Assembly: GCA_044359815.1 (NCBI GenBank)
Contig: JBIKLL010000006.1
Location: forward strand, 11,034-75,033
Direction of reading: 5' to 3'
Length of the DNA: 64,000 nucleotides
From: Pseudobdellovibrionaceae bacterium
Lineage (GTDB): Bacteria; Bdellovibrionota; Bdellovibrionia; Bdellovibrionales; Bdellovibrionaceae
The position numbers and the translations under genes are program-made. Under the pieces are notes generated by a model. That model saw only the letters and a list, made by a program, of their open reading frames with translations. It had not been told where the DNA came from and searched no databases. Position 1 is the first letter of the stretch. Each line of letters starts with the position of its first letter. Below, piece after piece: positions 19,537 through 29,266 of the stretch.

Positions 19537-20430
19537 TCAAGATTTCTTAGCAAGTTTTATTACGCGGTCATTGACCTCGGCCACCAGGACCGTAACATCG
19601 CGGACCGGTTCGCTCACTCCCGTAAATTGCTCCAACTGAAACAACAGTTCATTTCTGACTTCATGAACTCCGGATTTAGGTGATCGCAGCAAAGATTTTT
19701 GCACACCTTCCCGTCCAAAAGTTTGGTGACTAGAGTTTTCAGCCTCAATCATTCCTTCAGTACATAAAATTAATCTGTCCCGGGGCCCCAAGTTCATACT
19801 ATGACCCAGGGGATTCATCGAATAACCTCGACAAAGCTTTTCACCCGAGGGTTCCAACTGAATCAATCTGCCCTCTGCGTTCACCTGCAAAAGCCCCAAA
19901 ACATTTCCGATGCTAGAGTATTTGACCTCAAAGTTGCGTCGGTCAATGACTGCATAAAACACACTGGCTGAATCATCGCCTTCGATATTGGGAACGACTT
20001 CGGATACCATTTTTTTGATTACTTTTTCTGGCTCTAAGCCTTTGCGGGCCTCAATCTGCGCAGAAAATTTAATTAAAACTCCAATCAAAGCGGCTGACAA
20101 AACATAGCCCGAGCAGCTGGACATCAGGATACCAAATTTCATTTTATCTTCGTGTTCAAAAATTTCAAAATAGTCCCCTCCCTTTAGAGAGCCAGGCACA
20201 AACTTGGATGAAAAAGACACACCCGAAATATTGGGTATTTCAACAGGTGCTAAAACCTTTTGCAGAGTTTCGGCCATTTTGACTTCTTGATTCATTTGAA
20301 GGGAAATTTTCTCGAGGGCTTCGTTGACCTTGATCAGCTCGGTTCGGTACTGAGTGATCTGCACATTTTTTTGTGCAATTTCCATCTGCAATTCTTTGAT
20401 TTTTTCTTTGAGCTGATTTTCGCTAGACAT
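19537..20430 (-). CDS. SpoIIE/PP2C-family protein with N-terminal coiled coil (metal ligands degenerate)
   Basis: A..LQ..L.P and GGDYF motifs; overall RsbU-like layout. Confidence 0.8.
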   Translation of the reverse strand: MSSENQLKEKIKELQMEIAQKNVQITQYRTELIKVNEALEKISLQMNQEVKMAETLQKVLAPVEIPNISGVSFSSKFVPGSLKGGDYFEIFEHEDKMKFGILMSSCSGYVLSAALIGVLIKFSAQIEARKGLEPEKVIKKMVSEVVPNIEGDDSASVFYAVIDRRNFEVKYSSIGNVLGLLQVNAEGRLIQLEPSGEKLCRGYSMNPLGHSMNLGPRDRLILCTEGMIEAENSSHQTFGREGVQKSLLRSPKSGVHEVRNELLFQLEQFTGVSEPVRDVTVLVAEVNDRVIKLAKKS

Positions 20431-20569
20431 AATTTAAGCTGAGCACAAAAATCAATTGCGGGCAAATTAACAAATCCTTTTTCCACTGGCCTTAAGTATT
20501 GGCAATTGCCTCTAGAACCATTTTTAAATAATTTGATTAATATATTTTTACAATCTGATACTTACCAAG

Positions 20570-21289
20570 TTATCGCGACAATAGATCGTATCTGACACTT
20601 TTACCTTGGTAGCAGTGAATGACTTTGTATTGATGTTCCCTGGACTTCAAAGGCTGCTTTACAACCACTCGTTTTGCACTGCTGGCCAATGCGGCATCAA
20701 TCAAAATTTGCAAATCGCTTTTTAGATTTAATTTTCTGAAAACCTGCATGGATTTTTTGGGCTTGGCCGAACCCAGTTCGCCTTCGAACATGGGATCCAA
20801 ATAAATATTAAATGAACCTTCAGAATTGAAATTGATCAAAAACTTCTGGCAGTCTGCAAAATGCAGTTCAAAATGACTTTGAATTTTTTTATCCGCTTGT
20901 TGCAAAGCTGACTGCAACAACAAAAAAACTAAAGGATCTTTTTCACACCCAATAACACGAGCGCCTAATTCAATTAAAAACCGGCTGTCCTTACCCAGGC
21001 CCACAGTCGCATCAATTACCAAGTCACCGGATTTTCTGATTTCCAAAGCTTTAGCCATGAGCTCATTTTTGCCTTTTAAAATCTTGGGCTTTTTTTCAGG
21101 TTTAAAACTGTCGATTTCAAAATCACCTAATTCTGAATCCCACCAAATCAATTTATCCCCGCTCAGTTTCAAATAGCTTTTATCATCAGTGGGCCGATCG
21201 ATTTGATCGAAACAATCATCCAAAATATTTTTATAGGGTTTTAACCAGTCAGGAATTTCTGTCGTAAAACAGTAGCTGTATCGATTCAT
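20570..21289 (-). CDS. rsmJ: RsmJ-like SAM-dependent 16S rRNA methyltransferase
   Basis: VIDATVGLGKD, IYLDPMF, KRVVVKQP and GKSVRYD. Confidence 0.85.
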   Translation of the reverse strand: MNRYSYCFTTEIPDWLKPYKNILDDCFDQIDRPTDDKSYLKLSGDKLIWWDSELGDFEIDSFKPEKKPKILKGKNELMAKALEIRKSGDLVIDATVGLGKDSRFLIELGARVIGCEKDPLVFLLLQSALQQADKKIQSHFELHFADCQKFLINFNSEGSFNIYLDPMFEGELGSAKPKKSMQVFRKLNLKSDLQILIDAALASSAKRVVVKQPLKSREHQYKVIHCYQGKSVRYDLLSR

Positions 21290-22360
21290 CTAAAAAAACG
21301 TCAGATACCATGAGCTTTCCAAGGCCCACAGTGCAATCAAGAAAATATATAAATACCTGGCAGTCTTTACGGTTCTGGCCATCGATGAGCCCACTGGTGA
21401 TTCCGTGACGTTCAAACTAAACACCAAGGGCAGAATCAGTAGTATCGATACAAAAATCATCAAAACCGCCCACCAATGAGAACAATAAAGCCAATGGTAA
21501 ACGCCAATCATTAACAGCCAAGAAATCCACCAAAACTTGATCAGTTCTTTGCTTTTCTCGAAACCCAGGTTTGAAACTGAATTATAGATTTTGGCTTTTG
21601 AATTCACCATCAGCATTTCAAAATTTTTGATGTGGATGTAATAGACCGCAAACCATCCAGACAGAATCCCAATAAAAATAACTTCCAGATCAAAACCGCC
21701 ACCCAGGGCCCCTTGGTACCCAATCGTCAAAAGTGGTCCCAACAAAAAAAACGAAAACACTTCAGACCATTTTCGCAATTTCAAGCCGCTTTTGAAAGAC
21801 ATCACTCCTAAAAATCCCAAAACCAATGACAAGACTGTGACATATAAAACTTCTGTGTAAGCCAACAGTGCCGGAAATCCCAAAACCACCCCGGCAATCA
21901 TCAAAGCTGTCGACAATTTTTTAAGGGTTATTGCCCGCACCCAACCCTTTTGGATCGCACGACTTCCAGATTGTGGATGGATACGATCAAGCCCCAGGAC
22001 ATGGTCGATATAATCATTTCTGATATTGATGGATGCATGCAACAGGATTGCGCCCAAAGCCCCCATGCCCCCAAACAGAGGATCCAACATAGTTTCATCG
22101 ATCCAATTTTTTGTGCTGACTAAAAATATTGGCAGCATAACCAAAATAAAATTTCTGAGCTTTAGAATTTGTCCCCACATCACAATCAGATTGGGTTTTT
22201 CAATTTCAGATCGCAGAACAATATTAAAAGTTACCTCTTCTTTGTCGGTATTTATATTTAATGATTCAACGGGCAGTGCCCGTTTTTCCTTGGAAAATGT
22301 ACCCAGCAAATATTTTTCAAAATTCGGATCAGACTTTGAGACTGTGATTAGCTCGCCCAT
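21290..22360 (-). CDS. UbiA/MenA-family prenyltransferase (divergent paralog)
   Basis: NDYIDH.LGLD motif; many TM helices; next to a polyprenyl synthase. Confidence 0.78.
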   Translation of the reverse strand: MGELITVSKSDPNFEKYLLGTFSKEKRALPVESLNINTDKEEVTFNIVLRSEIEKPNLIVMWGQILKLRNFILVMLPIFLVSTKNWIDETMLDPLFGGMGALGAILLHASINIRNDYIDHVLGLDRIHPQSGSRAIQKGWVRAITLKKLSTALMIAGVVLGFPALLAYTEVLYVTVLSLVLGFLGVMSFKSGLKLRKWSEVFSFFLLGPLLTIGYQGALGGGFDLEVIFIGILSGWFAVYYIHIKNFEMLMVNSKAKIYNSVSNLGFEKSKELIKFWWISWLLMIGVYHWLYCSHWWAVLMIFVSILLILPLVFSLNVTESPVGSSMARTVKTARYLYIFLIALWALESSWYLTFF

Positions 22361-23335
22361 TTATCTGGATTTTCTCCAGTACAAATAATCCGGCAGTTTA
22401 GACATCTGATCAACCAAACCCTTTTCAGAATCTGGAATCAATTTCTGAACAGACTTCAGATGATGTTGATATAAATTGATTAAAAAATCGTTCATCTGAT
22501 CAAATTTTTCAACCGCTTGATCAAAATTTTTCTTGCCCCCAACCGCTTCATAAACCTGGGCCAGATCCTTGCAATTTTTAAATTGGACTTTCTGTTTTGA
22601 ATCCATCGCTTTTGTCAGAAAACATGTGAACGAGTTAAAATATCCAGCCTTCAGATCGCCCAGCACAGTTTTGTTTTCATCGTTTCTGATATTGTAATCC
22701 AACATATCATCCGAACGTTGAAATAGCTGACCTAGCAGTGTTCCCATCTCTTCCAAATGTGTGTGAACCTGATGATCGTAATTTTCCTGAGCCAAAAACG
22801 GAGCCCGCAAACACCATTTAAACAAACTGGCAGTTTTTAAATTGTGAACTCTATCCAACTGGCTGAGCTCGACATGAATGTCGCCCACCAACGAATCCTG
22901 CAGCCATTCACCCTCTAACAAATCCGAAATAATTTCTGAAGTGTATTGCACCAATCGAATGTTTCCAAATCCCGACAGATTAACCATGACCCGAGCTAGC
23001 AGATAATCCCCAGCCAACACAGCGTATTCGGGTGTGTATTTGGTCCACGCTGCGGCCTTACCCCTACGCAGTGCTGACCTGTCCACCAGGTCATCATGCA
23101 AGAGCGAAGCATTATGAATAAATTCGATGGTCTGACACAACAACTGCACAGTCTTAGGCTCAAAGTTCTTATAGGCTGAGATCATCTGCACCAGTTGTGA
23201 CCTAAAGCCTTTGCCTCCTGTAAACAAGTCGTCGTACAAATTGTTTAGTTTTGGCAAATAGGCCGGAAAATCCTTGTGGTCGTAAATCTTGGGATTGTAT
23301 TTTCTGGGTTTAGTTTTCTGAACTTCTGTTTCCAT
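22361..23335 (-). CDS. Polyprenyl diphosphate synthase
   Basis: GGKGFR, HNASLLHDDLVD...RRG, KTASLF and FQRSDD. Confidence 0.93.
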   Translation of the reverse strand: METEVQKTKPRKYNPKIYDHKDFPAYLPKLNNLYDDLFTGGKGFRSQLVQMISAYKNFEPKTVQLLCQTIEFIHNASLLHDDLVDRSALRRGKAAAWTKYTPEYAVLAGDYLLARVMVNLSGFGNIRLVQYTSEIISDLLEGEWLQDSLVGDIHVELSQLDRVHNLKTASLFKWCLRAPFLAQENYDHQVHTHLEEMGTLLGQLFQRSDDMLDYNIRNDENKTVLGDLKAGYFNSFTCFLTKAMDSKQKVQFKNCKDLAQVYEAVGGKKNFDQAVEKFDQMNDFLINLYQHHLKSVQKLIPDSEKGLVDQMSKLPDYLYWRKSR

Positions 23336-23398
23336 TTATAACTCGGTGCAGGTTTCCTTTACATTTCATCCGGAGCAGGCTGTAAGTCAACATCTAGC

Positions 23399-23788
23399 AT
23401 GGATTCAGCACAAATAAAAATCAGATTTAGCCAGTGTGACTCAGCAGGCATCATGCTGTTTTCAAAGGCCTTTGAAATTTACCATGACAACTTGGAAGAC
23501 TTTGTTTGTAAGCGCTTTAATATCGAGTGGAAGCACTATTTTGACAACGATCAATTTGCCTTTCCATTGGTTCACGCAGGCGCTGATTTTAAGGCTCCAG
23601 TGAAAGCCAATCAAATCCTGGAATTGCAATTTGATTGCAGCCTCAAATCGGAATCTACCTTTGCTGTGGCAGCCAAGGCTTCGATTGATGGCCGTTTGGC
23701 TTTTACGATTGAATCTGTCCATGTTTGTGTCAGCAAATCCACAGGGCTTAAAACAAAATTACCTGCATTTATCGCAGACAAGTTTTAG
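23399..23788 (+). CDS. Acyl-CoA thioesterase (4HBT fold; candidate DHNA-CoA thioesterase)
   Basis: IRFSQCDSAGIM hotdog motif; PLVHA.ADFKAP; inside the men cluster. Confidence 0.8.
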   Translation: MDSAQIKIRFSQCDSAGIMLFSKAFEIYHDNLEDFVCKRFNIEWKHYFDNDQFAFPLVHAGADFKAPVKANQILELQFDCSLKSESTFAVAAKASIDGRLAFTIESVHVCVSKSTGLKTKLPAFIADKF

Positions 23789-23871
23789 TCAGCAGCAATT
23801 TTTTTTAAAGACTTATTTGAATTTGCGTTTTCAATATTTCAATTATCTGGCCTGATTTTGAAAAACTGAAA

Positions 23872-24981
23872 TCAGACTAAATCGATTTCGGTAATGTCTT
23901 TTCGAGTGATCAACGTTTGAGTGATTTCAGAATACAAAACCTTACCTAAATTGGATTTGGGGATTCCATTTAAAACCACCAATTTTTTGATTCTTTCCAA
24001 AGGCATACAGCTTTTATTCCACGCTTCGATTTTGGTTTTAGCCTGGGCAATCTGATCTGCTGCACCCACGACGCCAATTATTTTTGCGCCAGTTCTAGAA
24101 TCTGGTAGCGAAGTCACCGCAAAATCCAAAACATCTTCAAACTGATTTCGCAGTTTAAATAACGACACTAATTCTCCGTTTATTTTGATGGTCTCGCCGG
24201 ATCTTCCCAAAGGCTTCAAATATCCACCATCAATTAAAACCTGATCAGAAGTCTTCAGTCCTAAATGCTTGTCGACAGGTATCCAGCTTTCGTTTTCAAC
24301 ATACCCTTCGCACACAGCTGCTGACCTGACCATCAATAGTCCGTCTAAAACCTGAGCTTGAATATGATTTAAAATTTTTAATTGAGGATACTGATCCTGA
24401 CTGACAGACACTGCCGTTGCAATCTGCGAAGCAACCTCGGTCATGCCAAAGGTTGGATACAATTTCCAACCCAGCTTCACCGCTGCAAAATACAGATCTG
24501 GATTCAGCGCTGCCCCACCCACAAAAATGCATCTCAAGCTTTTCGGACTGATCATTTGCTTCTGAACCAAATCAAAAATCTGAGTGGGAACCAAAGAAGT
24601 CACGGTGATCTGATTGTCACTGCAAATTTTTGAAAATTTAATTGGATCCCAGCCAAAGGGATCAGCATCAATTACAAAACTGCTCAGTTCCTGTGCCCTA
24701 AAAAAGGTCGCCAGTCCACCGACATGAAATTTAGGCAATACATTTAAAAAAATATCTTCACTGGTCAGCCCCATTATTTGATTAACGGCATTGGCGCTGG
24801 CACACATCGCAGCTTCGGTTAAACACACTAACTTGGGGATTCCCTGACTGCCACTGCTAGCAAACCAATAGCTGCCTTGCGGCCCTGAATCTCGAAATTT
24901 AAAAAAATTTTCGGTCAGATATTTTTTCTGATCCCAATCCAGATTTGGGTTCAACAAAAGACCAGGCTGCACGGGTATCAT
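23872..24981 (-). CDS. menE: O-succinylbenzoate-CoA ligase
   Basis: SSGSQGIPK, FHVGG, FGMTEVASQ and GR...IKINGE; ATGA overlap with the menC stop. Confidence 0.85.
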   Translation of the reverse strand: MIPVQPGLLLNPNLDWDQKKYLTENFFKFRDSGPQGSYWFASSGSQGIPKLVCLTEAAMCASANAVNQIMGLTSEDIFLNVLPKFHVGGLATFFRAQELSSFVIDADPFGWDPIKFSKICSDNQITVTSLVPTQIFDLVQKQMISPKSLRCIFVGGAALNPDLYFAAVKLGWKLYPTFGMTEVASQIATAVSVSQDQYPQLKILNHIQAQVLDGLLMVRSAAVCEGYVENESWIPVDKHLGLKTSDQVLIDGGYLKPLGRSGETIKINGELVSLFKLRNQFEDVLDFAVTSLPDSRTGAKIIGVVGAADQIAQAKTKIEAWNKSCMPLERIKKLVVLNGIPKSNLGKVLYSEITQTLITRKDITEIDLV

Positions 24982-25970
24982 CGGATTAAAACCCAATCTA
25001 AATTTTCCAAAATATCATCAAAGCCCACACCTGTACCCATAGGCTGCACCAAATAAGGCCCTGAAGTTATAAACTGAGCCGAAAACGCATTTGCTTGATA
25101 GGCTCGATTTGTTAAACACCCACACTCAAGCAATCTGACTGTATGAGTTTTTTTAAACTCAGAGGCCACAGCTAATGCATGAGCAGCTCCAACGGGATGA
25201 TCCAATGAACTGGTGATCACAGCTTTCAAATCATGCTTAACAATTCGCATAGTGGCTTCTTCAATATCCATTCTGGCAGGTTTTAGTACGACAATCTTAA
25301 ATGGGGGTTTCTCGGGCAAAGTATCCCAGTCCACTTTGACAATTTCATGATCAATCGCTAAAGGCAGCAGCTTACTGGCATCAGTCCACAGTGCCAAATC
25401 CCAGGGAAAGGGATCCTCTACAAATTCAATTTTTGCTTTTTCAGGTTGCGACAGCAGCGAACTGAATCTTTGCAGAAACTGAAAATCAGCCGTTGAATTA
25501 AAATCCAGTCGAACCATTACAGGGTGTTGTCTGATCAACCTGGATACAAACTTAGCTTCTTCAAAAGGATCTACCCCTAATTTTATTTTGAAGGTCGTAA
25601 ATCCAGCACTACGCACCTCCATGATCATCGAATCCTTACATGTGCTGTAGTCAGTGATCAAAAAATGATTTTTAACTTTCGGCAATCCCTCAAACAAACT
25701 TTTTTTATCGGCTCGAGCTTTTGCATCCAGCCTGGCCAACCAAACTGCTTGTTCAACCAGCTCTGACATTTTACCTGATTCTAAATCCTCTAACTGGGCA
25801 TCCAAATTTTTGTCACCCAATTCAGGCCACGGATGCAAATCTGCGTATCCAGTCAGATTGTTTGGCCATTGGATTTTCAACAAACTGCCTGATCGGAGTT
25901 CATTTTTTGCCAAGGCTCCAAATTTTGAAACCGGTTCCAAGGTGTATTTATGAGACCAAAATTTTAACAT
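24978..25970 (-). CDS. menC: O-succinylbenzoate synthase
   Basis: Enolase-superfamily KIK, RLDFN, FVEDP and LKP motifs; men context. Confidence 0.85.
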   Translation of the reverse strand: MLKFWSHKYTLEPVSKFGALAKNELRSGSLLKIQWPNNLTGYADLHPWPELGDKNLDAQLEDLESGKMSELVEQAVWLARLDAKARADKKSLFEGLPKVKNHFLITDYSTCKDSMIMEVRSAGFTTFKIKLGVDPFEEAKFVSRLIRQHPVMVRLDFNSTADFQFLQRFSSLLSQPEKAKIEFVEDPFPWDLALWTDASKLLPLAIDHEIVKVDWDTLPEKPPFKIVVLKPARMDIEEATMRIVKHDLKAVITSSLDHPVGAAHALAVASEFKKTHTVRLLECGCLTNRAYQANAFSAQFITSGPYLVQPMGTGVGFDDILENLDWVLIR

Positions 25971-26848
25971 AGCAAAAATCCCACGCTGGCCAAAACCCCA
26001 AAACTCAAATGCAACAATGCACTTTTGGCCAATAGTCCGTTAAATGCTTTGCTGGGTTCATTGGTAAAAACAAAATGAATAATAAATCCAGCTAACGGCA
26101 ATACCATTAGGGTCATCAATGGAACCATAGAAAGCCCCCTGCCCCACCAATAAAAATTCAGCAACAAGGGTGCTATAATCAAACCTGCTATTTCGTATCT
26201 GGCTACTTGTTTGCCAAATCTTACGGGGATGGTTTTTTTGCCAACCACTTTGTCGGTTTCAACGTCCCGCAGATTATTGACTGCAATCAATACCGCACAT
26301 AACAATCCAACCTGTAATCCCAAAACAAACAGCTCTGTGGTAAACTGTTTCAGTTGCAAAAATCCATAGCCCATTACGGCGATCACTCCAAAAAATAAAA
26401 TCACAAACAAATCCCCTAGTCCCAAATACGCCAATGGAAAAGGCCCTCCGGTATAGGAATAAGCTAAAAATAAAGAAATCATTCCGATCACCAAAATCGT
26501 CCAACCGCCTTGAGCCACCAACCAAGACCCCAGGACAAAGGCCATCAGCAAAAATAATCCGGCAGCAAACCACACATACTGAATCGGAATCAATCCGGCC
26601 GCTGTGACCCTGGTGGGGCCGATTCGGTCCGGTGTGTCCGCACCCTTTTTAAAATCAATGGCATCATTAAATAAATTGGTCGCGATTTGGATAAACAAAG
26701 CACACAACAATGTGACTACAAATATTCTGACATCAAACATTTGGTACTGACTGTACAAAAACGCCGAGGCAGCCACAATTGGCACAACAGCGGCGGTCAG
26801 GGTCTTGGGCCGAAAAGCCAATATCCAATACTTAACAACATTCAGCAT
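25964..26848 (-). CDS. menA: 1,4-dihydroxy-2-naphthoate prenyltransferase
   Basis: RPKTL, NDAIDFKKGAD, YTGGPFPLAY and NNLRDVETD. Confidence 0.95.
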   Translation of the reverse strand: MLNVVKYWILAFRPKTLTAAVVPIVAASAFLYSQYQMFDVRIFVVTLLCALFIQIATNLFNDAIDFKKGADTPDRIGPTRVTAAGLIPIQYVWFAAGLFLLMAFVLGSWLVAQGGWTILVIGMISLFLAYSYTGGPFPLAYLGLGDLFVILFFGVIAVMGYGFLQLKQFTTELFVLGLQVGLLCAVLIAVNNLRDVETDKVVGKKTIPVRFGKQVARYEIAGLIIAPLLLNFYWWGRGLSMVPLMTLMVLPLAGFIIHFVFTNEPSKAFNGLLAKSALLHLSFGVLASVGFLLC

Positions 26849-26908
26849 TCGGGCACATTAGCAGAAATTCTTAGTGATGACGAAAATTTTCTGCAGTAGA
26901 TAGATTAA

Positions 26909-28117
26909 ATGATTACTTATTTGATGATTGGTTTGGTTTTAGGAATCGCCTTCGGTGCTGGCTGCATATTTATTTGGCAGCGCGCCAAATTTTTTGACTC
27001 AGAAATGCGATCTATTCAAGCTCTAGCTGAGCTAAATGCAATCAAAGAACAGATTAAAAGCGAAAAATCTATTCAGGAAAAATTAGGTGATCAGTTTCAG
27101 CAAATATCATCAAAATTTTACGAAGAAAAATCCAATACGATGACCCAATCCAGTATTCAGTCACTGCAGTTGCTGCTGAATCCTTTTAAGGAAAAAATCA
27201 AAGAGTTCGAAAAAAAGATCGATGATACCTATGGCAGCGAAAAAACTGAGCGCAACCTGCTGCGAGGTGAGATTTCAAAATTAATTGATTTGAATTTTAA
27301 AATTTCTGCTGAAGCCAACAATCTGTCCCGGGCACTAAAGGGCGACAACAAAACCAGTGGCAATTGGGGTGAATGGATTTTATCTAGCATTTTGGAAAAA
27401 TCCGGCCTGCGCGAGGGCGAAGAATATATTTTGCAAGCTGAAAACATGAGACTTAAAAATCTGGAAGGCGATTTTATCAAGCCCGATGTGATTATCAATT
27501 TACCTGATGATAAGCACATCATTATCGATTCCAAGGTTTCACTGATGCATTATGAAAGTTACGCAAACAGCTCAGAAGTCGCTGATCAGGATCGTTTTGC
27601 AAAGGCACAGCTGGAAAGCATTAAAAAACACATCGATGGTTTGGCCTCTAAAAGCTACCAGAGCTCTGAACGGTTGCTGACACCTGATTTTGTGATTTTG
27701 TTTATGCCTATCGAGCCTGCCTTTGCTCTGGCCTTTAAATACAGACCTGATTTGCTACAGTATGCGTGGGAAAAAAACATCGCGTTGGTTTCTCCTACGA
27801 CTTTGCTGACGACTTTGAAAACAGTGGCGACACTGTGGCGGCAAGAACGCCAGCAAAGAAATGCCTTGGAAATCGCAAAACGCGGTGGAGCCTTGTACGA
27901 TAAATTTGTTGGACTGGTTGAAGATTTTGAAAAGCTGGGTGAAAAAATCGATGCTGTTTCAAAACACCATTCGGGATTAAAACAAAAGCTATCTACAGGA
28001 ACCGGAAATCTAATCAGGCAAGCTGAAATGCTGCGGGAACTGGGCGCAAAAACTGAAAAAAAGCTAGCAAAGCTGGAATCCGACAACCTAAAAATCCTCG
28101 ACATACCCGAAGCTTAA
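26909..28117 (+). CDS. rmuC: DNA recombination protein RmuC
   Basis: GNWGE..L..ILE.SGL, PDVII.LP, IIDSK, DFVILFMPIE and PTTLL. Confidence 0.95.
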   Translation: MITYLMIGLVLGIAFGAGCIFIWQRAKFFDSEMRSIQALAELNAIKEQIKSEKSIQEKLGDQFQQISSKFYEEKSNTMTQSSIQSLQLLLNPFKEKIKEFEKKIDDTYGSEKTERNLLRGEISKLIDLNFKISAEANNLSRALKGDNKTSGNWGEWILSSILEKSGLREGEEYILQAENMRLKNLEGDFIKPDVIINLPDDKHIIIDSKVSLMHYESYANSSEVADQDRFAKAQLESIKKHIDGLASKSYQSSERLLTPDFVILFMPIEPAFALAFKYRPDLLQYAWEKNIALVSPTTLLTTLKTVATLWRQERQQRNALEIAKRGGALYDKFVGLVEDFEKLGEKIDAVSKHHSGLKQKLSTGTGNLIRQAEMLRELGAKTEKKLAKLESDNLKILDIPEA

Positions 28118-28198
28118 TTTTAATTAAGTTCGTTCACATCTCTACAGTATTAACAATTTTAAAACTAAAAATGTTAATACCTCTTCAGGCGACTTTAA

Positions 28199-29101
28199 CT
28201 AAAAATGCCAGGGATATTTACCGAAATCACGAGGACGTTTTTCCAAGAAAGCATCCCGACCCTCGGTGGCTTCGTCTGTCATGTAGGCCAATCTGGTGGC
28301 TTCGCCAGCAAAAATTTGCTGTCCCACTAACCCATCATCAATCAGATTCATGGCAAATTTGGACATCCTGATTGCAGTTGGGCTTTTGGTCAAAATTTCC
28401 TGACCCCATTGGATTGCAGTGGCTTCAAGCTCAGCATGGGGAACGACCTTGTTAACCATTCCCATCATAAAAGCTTCATCGGCAGTGTATGAGCTTCCCA
28501 GAAAAAATATTTCGCGAGCACGTTTTTGCCCGACCATTCTGGCTAAGTACGCAGAACCATAACCACCATCAAATGATGCGACATCAGTGTCGGTTTGTTT
28601 AAATACTGCGTGTTCTTTACTGGCGATTGTTAAATCACAAACCACGTGCAACGAATGCCCACCACCCACGGCCCAACCTGGAACAACGGCAATCACAACC
28701 TTAGGCATAAATCTGATCAGTCTTTGGACTTCTAAAATATGAAGCCTTCCCAACTTTGTAGCGGCCTCAGTACTCGTTGCCCCTGAACCTTGATTGTATT
28801 GATATCCATCTTTACCGCGGATTTTCTGATCTCCGCCTGAACAAAAGGCCCAACCACCGTCTTTGGGTGATGGTCCATTACCAGTCAGTAGGACGACTCC
28901 CACATCAGAAGTTTGTCTGGCGTGATCCAAGGCCCAATATAGCTCGTCCACAGTTTGGGGTCTGAAGGCGTTTCTGACCTCGGGCCGATTAAATGCCACG
29001 CGCACAATCCCCAAGGATTCGTGCCGATCATAAGTGATGTCTTTAAAATTTTTAATTGATTTCCACATATCAGGCAGTGCTAGCACTGCCTGATTTTGCA
29101 T
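28199..29101 (-). CDS. menB: 1,4-dihydroxy-2-naphthoyl-CoA synthase
   Basis: FNRPEVRNAF, FCSGGDQ, GGGHSLHVVCDLT and SFDGGYG; start 29101 or 29068. Confidence 0.96.
   Translation of the reverse strand: MQNQAVLALPDMWKSIKNFKDITYDRHESLGIVRVAFNRPEVRNAFRPQTVDELYWALDHARQTSDVGVVLLTGNGPSPKDGGWAFCSGGDQKIRGKDGYQYNQGSGATSTEAATKLGRLHILEVQRLIRFMPKVVIAVVPGWAVGGGHSLHVVCDLTIASKEHAVFKQTDTDVASFDGGYGSAYLARMVGQKRAREIFFLGSSYTADEAFMMGMVNKVVPHAELEATAIQWGQEILTKSPTAIRMSKFAMNLIDDGLVGQQIFAGEATRLAYMTDEATEGRDAFLEKRPRDFGKYPWHF
29069..29094. repeat. Perfect 26-bp palindrome
   Basis: ATCAGGCAGTGCTAGCACTGCCTGAT is its own reverse complement. Confidence 0.9.
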
Positions 29102-29125
29102 GCAACAATTACTGGCATCGCCTCC

Positions 29126-29254
29126 AAAAGAGACCGTACGACTTTTTCTGTCTACACCGCACGATAAAGAGTTATGGTCTCCACCAAGGTCTATTGAGCC
29201 AACGGTGCATTTTCATCGTGCGGTGTAGACAGAAAAAGTCGTACGGTCTCTTTT
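29126..29254. repeat. Inverted-repeat element (40-bp perfect arms, 49-nt spacer; MITE/REPIN-like)
   Basis: 29126-29165 is the exact reverse complement of 29215-29254; 14-bp tandem duplication at 29242-29269. Confidence 0.88.
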
Positions 29255-29266
29255 ATACGGTCTCTT

